Below are positions 28,640 to 38,300 of a DNA stretch of 64,000 bases, in pieces; positions within the stretch are counted from its first letter, which is position 1, and each line of letters starts with the position of its first letter. The notes beneath the pieces are model-generated. The model ran no database searches and was not told where the DNA came from. It saw nothing but the letters and a program-made list of their open reading frames with translations. The position numbers and the translations under genes are program-made. Source of the DNA: Octopus bimaculoides (taxonomy: Eukaryota); assembly GCF_001194135.2 (NCBI RefSeq), contig NC_068987.1, positions 83,039,662-83,103,661 on the forward strand, written 5' to 3'.

Positions 28640-29446
28640 GGGCTTATTCTTAGAGCAAGTTTTGAAGAGCGCAGTTTGATTTTAACAGTTATTCTTTCAA
28701 TGCTATAATGGAATCGAAAAAGGAGCATATTCAGCATATTTTGCTTTATGGGTCCAATAAAGGCAACAATACAAAGGAAAGTGACAGGAATTTTAATACG
28801 ATATATATGGGGATGGGACAATAAGCATAAGCCAGTGTCAACGGTGGCTCCAGAAATTCTGAGCTGTAAACTACAGCCTAAAAGACTAGCCTCATCCTGA
28901 AGATCTGTAGAGCTCGACAAGGACGTCCTGCAAACCCTGGTGGAACAAAATCCCACCGTAGCTGTTGAGGAACTAGCAGAGAAGCTTGGATTTGGTCATT
29001 CAACCAATTATTCAAGTCAGCACTAGAAGAAAAACAACCATCTTTGGTTTCAAAATGAAAGGTGTTCTTCCATCAGGATAAAGCTTGGCCACATACAGCG
29101 AGGATAACATTCCAAAGGCTGGAGCAGTTTAAATGGGAAACGATGCCCCACCCACCATATTCACTGGACATTGCCCCATCTGATTATCATTTCTTCTGCA
29201 GTTTTCAAAATCATTTGGATGGGAAAAATATGAATTCTGTAGACAAGGTCAGAACAGTACTGGAGGAGTACTTTTTGTCACGGACAAGTGAATTTTGGAA
29301 AAGGAGCCTTTGCTAGTCTACCAGATTGATATAAGAGGATTGAAGAAAATGAAGGAGAGTTTATTTTAGATTAAAAAAGAACTTTGTTTATCTTAATTTT
29401 GAAAAATAAAAGTATAAAAAACTGCATTATTTATGGGATGAGTCAA
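28640..29446 (+). mobile_element. Internally deleted, mutated mariner (DD34D-type) transposon
   Basis: From ATG 28708: MESKKEHIQHILLY..GDGTISISQCQRWLQKF..VELDKDVLQTLVEQNPTVAVEELAEKLGFGHST (HTH region), jumping at ~29005 to FFHQDKAWPHTAR..PHPPYSLDIAPSDYHFFCSFQNHLDGK. Stops and frameshifts present. Right TIR-like end tgcattatttatgggatgagtcaa followed by TA; left TIR not found. Confidence 0.9.
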
Positions 29447-30222
29447 TATTTGTTTTCAAATGCTAGAGGGCTGTGATATATCTTCTTGTTTTTTTGCCCT
29501 TTGCTTTAGTCATTGGACTGCTGCCATGCTGGGGCACTGCCTTGAATGGTTTTGGTGAACATACCAATCCCAGTATGTTCTACGACTGGTACTTATTCTA
29601 TCAGTTTCTTTCGCTGAACTGCTATGGGGATATAAACAAACCAATACCAGCTATCAAGCAGTGTGTGTGAGGGGAACAAACACAAAACACACACACACGC
29701 ACACATGCACGGCAGGATTCCACATAGTTTCCATTAATCAAATCCACTCACAAAGCATTTATTGGTCCTGGGCTATAGTAGAAGACACTTGCTGAAGGTG
29801 TTGCACAGTAGGACTGAACCCAAAACAACATGCTTGCAAAGGGAGTCTCTTAACCACACAGCCATCCCCCAAAATGCTTTGTCCATGTTAACTAAAGAAT
29901 TGTCTAAATTATTTCAAGTATAATTTCCCTCCTTTTACCCACCAAATTGCTGTTAATAAAGAAAGATTTGAAACTCAGTAAATTCAAGAGTTGTGGATTT
30001 AGTAAGTAACCTAACAATCTTTATATTTTATATTAAATTCAATAAACTGATAACCCCCAGTGGTAACAAGTCGCCAAACATAAACAAATATATCAAATGC
30101 TGAAAAGCTATGGAAAGTTAGGTCGATAAACTGAATGAGCTTTGTTAAATTGATGTATTATTTCTGATTATAAACAGAAGTAATTTATAGTAAATATTTT
30201 TTTTCTTTCTCTATTCTGAAAG

Positions 30223-30351
30223 CTTTTGTTCAAGACTATCTGAGAGAAAATGGTTGTTTAAAGTTTATATTGAATATATTCACTTCAAACAGCAACTCTC
30301 AAATAAAAGAGGCTACAATGTTCTGCTTGGCTTGTGCAATAGATCAAAATG
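30223..30351 (+). CDS. TERB1: TERB1-like exon (129 nt, phase 1-1)
   Basis: Polypyrimidine tract then gaaAG, donor GTAAGT; encodes FVQDYLRENGCLKFILNIFTSNSNSQIKEATMFCLACAIDQN. Confidence 0.92.
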
Positions 30352-31894
30352 GTAAGTTATATTTCTATATTTCTTGTTTGAGATTTGGTGATGATATTGA
30401 ACAAAAAAAAATTGTAAGAGTATATTGTTTCATATTAATCTGTTCATAGAAATATATTTTAGTGCTCAACAGAAAACTATATACATGATGGTTCAGTAAG
30501 AAATGTTACAGAGAAAATATGTATTAACATAGGTTAGCCAGTCAGAGAATTTCTGTTTTGTTATTCAAATAAACCACCTACATGTTTACTTGACCTTCTA
30601 AAAATAGCAGCCATATCGCCTTCAAGCTTCACCCTTCTGTCTTTATACTGGCACTCCGTTGGTTACGATAATGAGTGTCCCAGTTGATCCAATCAACAGA
30701 ACAACCTGCTCATGAAATTAGCATGCAAGTGGCTTAGCACTTCACAGACACATGTACCCTTAATGTAGTTCTCTGGAAGATTCAATAAGACACAATGTGA
30801 CAAGGTTGGTCCTTTGAAATACAGGTACTACTCAGTTCTGCCCGTTGAGTGGACTGGAGCAGTGTGAAAGGAAGTGTCTTGCTCAAGGTACAAAATATGT
30901 TGCTGGATATCGAACTCCCAACCTTACAATCATGAGCTAAATATCCTAGCCATTAAGCTACGTGCCTTTATAATGTTTGAATATACTGGATAACTTATTC
31001 CTGAATATAATATTTCAAGAAAAAGATTAAGAATGAATTTTGCTAGAATGCCTGTTGGATGAAAAGTTCTTTCACAGAAAACCATAATTGTAATATGAAG
31101 AGAAAATCTTTTTTACTCAGCACACGTAAGCAAAAGCAGGGTGTTGTAGTCGCTCATCTTTGTCTGTGTGTTTGCAAAATTACTGGAAATTGGCTTAACA
31201 GATTTTCACCAAATTTGAAAGAAATACTCATTGCGTGAGTGGCTCAAACTCATTAAATTTTGATTTGATTATCTTCAAAACTGGCAGACGTGTGAATCAA
31301 AACTTTTGATGTCATTTTGTTGAAATATGAATTTGTCTGAAAATATATTTATTAAATTAAATTTTATTTTATCCTTCTGTGTGTGCAAGGTGTGCATCAC
31401 CCCTCCAATGCGTTTTTTTCATTTAAATGTGTTTTGATTATTTTATTGCTTTTATTAGTTGTCTGCCACAAACTGCTATATGTTCTTGTCAGTTATATTT
31501 AAAGAGAAATAGAAATATATATATATGAAACCTTTTATAAAGATCATAACCAAGAATGCCCAAATACTGCATTTGATGTGGTGAGCATATTTACGGTAAG
31601 TCCAATGATTGGTGCATCGTAAAAAATTTGCATCACAACAGTGAAAAGTCCAATTTGTCATGATCAAAGTAGAAAAAGGGCTAAGTTTCCATAACCACAC
31701 TAAAATACCAATTAATAACATTGTGGATGTGTTAATTTTGTGCTTAAAAACAATGAACTTACAGATTAAAAGTGAAATGTATCCACATAGCCAGTGCAGT
31801 CAGTAAACCCTGACGAGAGCTGAGTATGGCTGTTAAATAACTTGAAACTGTTTCAAAGTCATGTTATTTCTAAATCCAAACATTACTCTCTCTT

Positions 31895-32115
31895 TACTCT
31901 TTTACACTTTTCAGTCATTTGACTGCGGCCATGCTGGAGCACCGCCTTTAGTCGAGCAAATCGACCCCAGGACTTATTCTTTGTAAGCCTAGTACTTATT
32001 CTGTCGGTCTCTTTTGCCAAACTGCTAGGTGACGGGGGCGTAAACACACCAGCATCGGCTGTCAAGCAATGCGAGGGGGACAAACACAGACACACAAACA
32101 TACACACACACACTG

Positions 32116-32164
<49 letters not shown>

Positions 32165-32330
32165 CGACCAGCTTCTTTCAGTTTCCATCTACCAAATCCA
32201 CTCACAAGGCTTTGGTCAGCCCGAGACTATAGTAAACGACACTTGCCTAAGATGCCACGCAGTGGAACTGAACCCAGAAGCATGTGGCTGCTAAGCAAGC
32301 TACTTACCACACAGCCACTCCTGCACCTAT
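31895..32330 (-). mobile_element. Representative of the most abundant tRNA-headed SINE with internal (TA)n/(CA)n microsatellite
   Basis: Minus strand: ggagtggctgtgtggtaagtagcttgc..GGTTCAGTTCCACT..gcaagtgtc, microsatellite, tail ending gtaaaagagtaaagag. Other copies (approx.): - strand 3650-4040, 5370-5730, 8790-9170, 11815-12490, 13180-13625, 13960-14795, 29490-29865, 44505-44910, 49620-50200, 56245-56635, 61500-61885; + strand 1890-2400, 12720-13120, 36565-36770, 44990-45190, 46715-46920, 49300-49460, 54325-54485, 60470-60640. Source of most RRHLPKV and EDTCPRC track ORFs. Confidence 0.9.
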
Positions 32331-35300
32331 TATTTCAGGTATTTTGAATTAGAAACAGTAAAGACTCAAGGTTGCATTGTTACATAGCTTTCAAAAAATA
32401 TCTAATTCTAGAGAAAATTTCAGAAACAATTTTTATTTTTAATTTGAGAAGTGAAATAAATTTAACTTTAATTTCATTGTCATGTTGTCACATAAGAAGC
32501 ACTTGTGCTGGTCCCACATATAAAGCCCCCATGCTGGTTCCACATATAAAGCACTGGTGCTGGTGCCTCGTAAAAAGCATTCAGTACATCCTGCAAAGTG
32601 GTTGGTGTGAGGAAGGGGATCCTGCTTTAGAAAACATGCCAAACCAGACGAGTGGAACCTGGTGCAGCAGTTCTCCAGCTGGCCAGCTCCTGTCAAACCA
32701 TCCAACCCATGCCAGCATGGAAAACGGACATTAAATGATGATGATGGATTTTATGATTCAAAGGCCTGTGTACTGTGGACCATAAAAAGAATAGACAAGA
32801 AAGGCTGTTTTACAGGATGAAAACTTTTCTCACCCTGTATTGTTTTACATAAAAAGTTACATCTCTCCTTGACAGGCTGCTTTCACTTTAGCTGATTTAC
32901 AATGAATAAATAAATAAATATTATATAAAATCAAAGAGACAGTATTTACAATAGATAAAGAGATAAATAAATAGATAGACCTGGTGCCAACAGGAAATTA
33001 CCCAAACAAGAGCTGAATTAAAAATGATTAGTAATGGCATATCATCTTAATAAAAATAATATTTTAGAAAGATATCTTATTTATGTCAATCAAAAATTTC
33101 CTAGTTTTTCCGAACTGAAATATTATCGCTAATAAAAAAATCATATCTAATAAAAGTCTATGAAATAAAGTAATAAATTTTTGTAAAAAATGTTCTACTT
33201 AACAAATATTGATTTCAGATTTTACGAAAGAAACTATCAGGACATTACTTCCTTCACTGCTGCCATTGATCAGATGTCTAAATTTTTCTTTCCTTAATAG
33301 CACTTGTTTTTTTTTTTTCTAATGTGAAGTTCCAGAGAAAATCTAACAAGTTATAATTGCCTCCCTGGAGGCAGAATAGTAAGATAATAAAATATTTAAA
33401 AGTCTTAATACAAGAGACAAGATAGATATTTACTTATAGGATTATAATTTCACCTCTAGAAATGAACATCTTTTTTTAGTATATAGATTTACACATCATT
33501 ATCATTTAACATACATGTTCTATGCTGGCATGGGTCGGACAATTTTACAGGATTTGATGGGTCCAAAGACTGCATTGTTTAACAGTGTCTACATTGGCAG
33601 GGTTTCTACAGTTGGATGTCCTTCTTAACACCAACTACTGGGTGCTTTTTCATGCCACTGGCACTAGTGAGGTCACCATGCAGCCCAAGGCAATTGGGGG
33701 CAGGTTTATGCTAAGAAATGAGGGATAAGGTTGTGATCATGGTCTTCAGGTGCCTTATTCCTGGATTTGTAGGCTATGATTAATAATGTTCTCTTCCATG
33801 ATGCTACTACAAGTAAAAACACCACTTTCTTTCTTCCTTTTGTCACCCTCAGATGACGGACAAGACCTGAAATGTCAGACCCTATAGTTATCACAGCTCA
33901 TGGGTTTTAACTATCATAAATTTTATTATATGGCAAATGATATTCATGCATTTCACAATAAGAGATGGGAGATGAAACAGTCACTAAGCCTTCTAGTAAA
34001 ATATCTACAGAAAGAAATCATACTAGTCAATAGACTAGCAAGCTTGCTTGCTTGCTATACTGCATTGGGGAATCATTTACAGAATTGATTTGCTTCTTGC
34101 AACATGTTGCATGACCACAACTGATGATGACTAATCAATGAACTTCATTAATCCTTTCAAATGTATAATATGAAACTTTGTTTAAATTCAATCCTTAATT
34201 ATTTCGGAAACATGCAAACTTAAACCATAAAATATATAATCATGCAACTAATCTCCTCCCCACCACTTCCCTAAAATTGCTGGCCTTGTGCCAAAATTTG
34301 AAGCCATTATTATTACTATTATCTTAATGCTATTTATTGTGATGGAACAAATAGATGGTAACATGCTGAGTAGTAATTAATTTTGTTGATTAATGACCAA
34401 GTTCAAATCCTGCCTGTCAGCTTTGGCATTGCATTTTAACCCACTATTTGTCTGCAGGAAATATTTACCCTGTCTATTCTGTAATGTGGTTGGCATTAGG
34501 AAAGGCATTCAGCCGTAGAAACCATGCCAAAGCGGGAATGGAACCTGGGCAGTTCCTGTCAAACCGACCAACTCATGCCAGCATGGAAAATGGACGTTAA
34601 ATGATGATCGGGATTCAGTTCATCAGATTACAGCTGCTCCAACACATCATCTGTGTATGTGTAGGTACAAATTATGTTATGCAATAACAGTTTATATAGG
34701 GTTAAGGGGGTCACCAACTGATTGAGATGCCCCACTATCCAAGTAGCACTGTGAGCAACGACAAAATTAGCATTTTTTCCTTAGTATAGAGGAGATTTCA
34801 TTTTACTTCTAATAAACTTTGTCCTGGAAATATATTAGATTAAATAAAAGTCTAAGATTTCTTGCAAAATTTGAGTGTCGAGGTATTCCAAATAGACATA
34901 AATTTAGTTCTCTATTCCTAGTTTAAGTTCTTTGGAATGAATTCAAAATCCATTTGTTACTTAATAGCAAATTGACGAGTAATTAAGTTAAATTTATCAA
35001 GAAATTCTAAACCCAAATTGGGATTCATTTATTCTGGATTCATTTATTCCAAGGTTTCAAGTAAATGCAAATAATTACTTGAAATTTCAGTGATGGGAAA
35101 TTTAACCAATGCCAGTATGGAAAATTGATGATAAATGATTGTAGCATTCTGTCAGTTACGACGACAAGGGTTCCAGTTGATCTGATCAATGGAACAGCCT
35201 GCTCATGAAATTAACGTGCAAGTGGCTGAGCACTCCACAGACACGTGTACCCTTAACGTAGTTCTTGGGGATATTCAGCATTAAAGATAATAGGAATGTA

Positions 35301-35689
35301 GGAGAAATTTCAAGATAGAGAAGAGCTTTGATTTAAATCAAACCTTCTTAGATTACAGCTTAAAATATTTTATCAATATGGTCAATTTGATGAGACCTTT
35401 ACAAAGATAAATAACTATAAAGCTATCAGACTCAGTTTAATTTAAACGAAATAGAGAAAATAGAATGACAGTGAGAATTGAATGTATGATAATTCTTAAT
35501 TGTACTCACACAGATCATCAAATATTGTAATCAGTAATCTTCTAGATCAGTGGTTCTCAACCATTTTGTTTTACCTAGGGACCCCTTTCTTTACTATTCT
35601 ACTCTGGTGGAATCCTGTTTCCATTCGATGCATTAAAAACTACATTATTTACATTGGACAGATATGTGTCCTCATATTGTTTGTTGTTA

Positions 35690-35733
35690 CCTCAACATTT
35701 CGGCTGGTTTGCTCTCCAGCCTTCATCAGGTGT
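35690..35733 (-). ncRNA. Minimal hammerhead ribozyme-like motif (degenerate), mirror copy
   Basis: Minus strand reads acac-CTGATGA-a-ggctgg-agagcaaa-ccagcc-GAAA-tgtt-gagg. Confidence 0.55.
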
Positions 35734-35918
35734 CCTGGTAGAATTTTTAACCCAGCCCTGGGTTCTCATTCCTAAGGTACTTTTTTTTTTGCTGATGTAT
35801 GGTATTATTTATTCAAGGTACTGCCTGGAATTGAACTCACAATCTTGGGGTTAGTAGCCCGTGCTGTTAACCATTACGTTATATGCCTGTGGGCAATTAT
35901 AGATCTATAATTGGCCAC

Positions 35919-35990
35919 GGGCATATAGCGTAATGATTAAGAGCACGGGCTACTAACTCCAAGATTGCGAGTTCAATTCCAGGCAGTACC
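35919..35990 (+). promoter_or_regulatory. tRNA-like Pol III internal promoter (A and B box) heading the right arm; mirror copy on - strand ~35817-35888
   Basis: A-box-like TAGCGTAATGATT (mirror TAACGTAATGGTT) and B-box-like GAGTTCAATTCC at tRNA spacing. Confidence 0.65.
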
Positions 35991-36095
35991 TTGAATGAAT
36001 AAATAAATAAATAATAATAATAATAATAATGATAACACCAGCAACAAAATACCTTAGGAACGAGAAACCAGGGTTGGGTTCAAAATTCTACCAGT

Positions 36096-36139
36096 ACACC
36101 TGATGAAGGCTGGAGAGTAAATCAGCCGAAACATTGTGG
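36096..36139 (+). ncRNA. Minimal hammerhead ribozyme-like motif (degenerate)
   Basis: acac-CTGATGA(36100-36106)-a-ggctg/cagcc stem II-GAAA(36128-36131)-c-a-t-t-gtgg; one substitution from the GAAAcgtt palindromic stem III. Confidence 0.55.
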
Positions 36140-36998
36140 TTACAAACAAGAGGAGGGCACATATCCGTCCAATGTAAATAATGAACAGAATTCTTCATCT
36201 ATGAAACAGAGAACAGCTTTAAAAACTAGTTTTACAGATACTTCTTTCAAAATTCCTATTTTGTTTTTCATGAAGAAAGAAACCTAGTTGTGTCTTGCAA
36301 TAACTATGTCGAAAGCAAACTTTTTTAATGGACTTTTAAAATACTGTAGATCCCCAATTCACTATTTTGCTTGTGCAGACCCCTAAAAATCTTATATGGA
36401 TCCTGGTTGAGAACCATTGTCTTAGAGGATGGGGCTTCTAAGGCAATGATTAAAATTAGTAAATGGTTAACAAGTGTATCCTTGCTTGATTTCACAGCAG
36501 AAATGCTAAAGTTATTTTATATCACAACTACAGTTTCCATATATATATATATATATATATAATGTACTTGTGTCTGTGTTTGTCCCCTCCACCATCACTA
36601 GACAACCGATGTTGGTGTGTTTATGTCCCCATAACTTATCAGTTCAGCAAAAGAGACTGATAGAATAAGTACTAGGCTCACAAAGAATAAGTCCTGGGGG
36701 TTGATTCGTTTGACTAAAAGCAGTGCTCCAGCCTGGCCACAGTCAAATGACAGAAACAAATAAAAAATTAAAAAGTAACCTAATTTTTGACAAAAAAGAG
36801 TTCCTTATATACATTAAAATACAGTATTCTATGCAAATATATGTTTATTTTGGTTTATGACTGAAAGGGATTACCTTTTTTGTATTATGTTTATTCCAAA
36901 TTATTAAATCTACTTCCAGAATAACTGTGCTGCTCTCTTATACCGTGACATTTATTTATTTTAATGTATTCATTTTCACTTATTTATTTATTTTGCAG

Positions 36999-37130
36999 TT
37001 GCTTCCCAAAAATTCATGACCACATCTATTGTCTTTGAACATTTAAGCAAAATACTGTCATCTGACATACATGCAAATAACTTACATCATACAGCGACAT
37101 ACTTCATCTCCTGCATAACAAATAACAACA
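36999..37130 (+). CDS. TERB1: TERB1-like exon (132 nt, phase 1-1)
   Basis: Acceptor ttttgcAG, donor GTAAGT; encodes ASQKFMTTSIVFEHLSKILSSDIHANNLHHTATYFISCITNNN. Confidence 0.9.
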
Positions 37131-37673
37131 GTAAGTAGATTATTTCTCACTTCAATCATTATTAGAGTCTTCTAAAGTCATTTCATTCTCCATCAAAACA
37201 TTAATTATTGCTCAATTTTTAAATGAATTCCACCTCACCCCCTGTAATACTATTCCCCACTTTCAGTTGAGAAGTTTTTGTCTTCCTTGCCTTGCACAGT
37301 ACTTGTTGACCTTGTCAGTGATAGCGCCACCTAAAAAGTACTGGTGCTAGTGTTATGTAAAAACACAAGTACACTCTATAAAGTGGTTGGCATTAAGATG
37401 GGCATCCTGCTGTAAAAACCATGCCAAAACAATACAATGGAGCCAGTTACGGCTCCCAGTCTTGCCAGCTCCTGTTAAACCATCCAATTCAAACCAGCAT
37501 GGAAAACAAACATTAAATGCTGATGATGATGATGATATATACAGCTTACAAATATATTTGTCTTTGTTATTCTTGTCTTATTTCTGAACCTGAGAAGGAC
37601 AGACAAACATACTTTTGAATTACTGTTCAATAAACAAAGTCAATCTGTATCTTATTACATATCCTACTTCTCT

Positions 37674-37718
<45 letters not shown>

Positions 37719-37793
37719 TTATTAATAAAGTACTGCAGCTCTTTGCCTTTCCACATTGGCGCTACTTACTCAATTTGCCCATTTACTATCATA

Positions 37794-37835
<42 letters not shown>

Positions 37836-37836
<1 letters not shown>

Positions 37837-38300
37837 TAGCTGAATGACCCAGTGTTACCTGGGTTACTGCTGTTCTTATTCAGATTAGTAAAAAATAAAT
37901 ATAAAGATATATTCTCATAATTATTTCAAAATATCTATATTTTATTAAAAAAATATCCAGATTGTAATGCTAATAGAATTTCAAACTGAAAATCTGTCAA
38001 TGTTGAAGCACCTCAGGGTAAACAATATTGATTGTGTAATTTTTTGTTGGTGTCGAAATGAATAAATTATTATTGCTTCTAAGTTGCAAGCAAGCAACAT
38101 AGAGTTGGCCGTGGGAGAAGCATGTAGTAGAAGGATCAAGTCCAACTACCTTGAGGGATTGACCCTGAGATTTGTTAATTGAAATATCAAAACTTAGTTT
38201 GACTGGAAACTGAAGCAACTTAAATGGAACATTTGTAGGTATGAGAGGAATTTTTGGAATAAAGTGACTGTTGCCACTAGGACATGGAGAGCATCTTGGA
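37836..38300 (-). mobile_element. Helitron 3' fragment (Pif1-like helicase C-terminus, terminal hairpin and CTAG)
   Basis: LQFPVKLSFDISINKSQGQSLKVVGLD..CFSHGQLYVAC..NIVYPEVL; hairpin CCCAG-gtaaca-CTGGG just upstream of CTAG (37836-37839) followed by T on the - strand. Confidence 0.9.

Larger units (their letters stand above)
35643..36183. repeat. ~540 bp zero-spacer palindrome of two head-to-head tRNA-headed elements
   Basis: Centre caattataga|tctataattg (35894-35913) is a perfect palindrome; arms pair out to 35643/36183 with scattered mismatches and an A-rich indel. Confidence 0.9.
35548..36419. mobile_element. hAT (Charlie-like) MITE carrying a nested palindrome
   Basis: TIRs CAGTGGTTCTCAACC (35548) and GGTTGAGAACCATTG (ends 36419); flanks ttctagat / tcttagag are a degenerate 8-bp TSD of the NTCTAGAN type. 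Confidence 0.7.

Noticed and set aside
33219-33325. Candidate TERB1 exon after atttcAG (DFTKETIRTLLPSLLPL..)
   Set aside because: No convincing donor before an in-frame TAA and no similarity to TERB1; the expected exon is 36999-37130.
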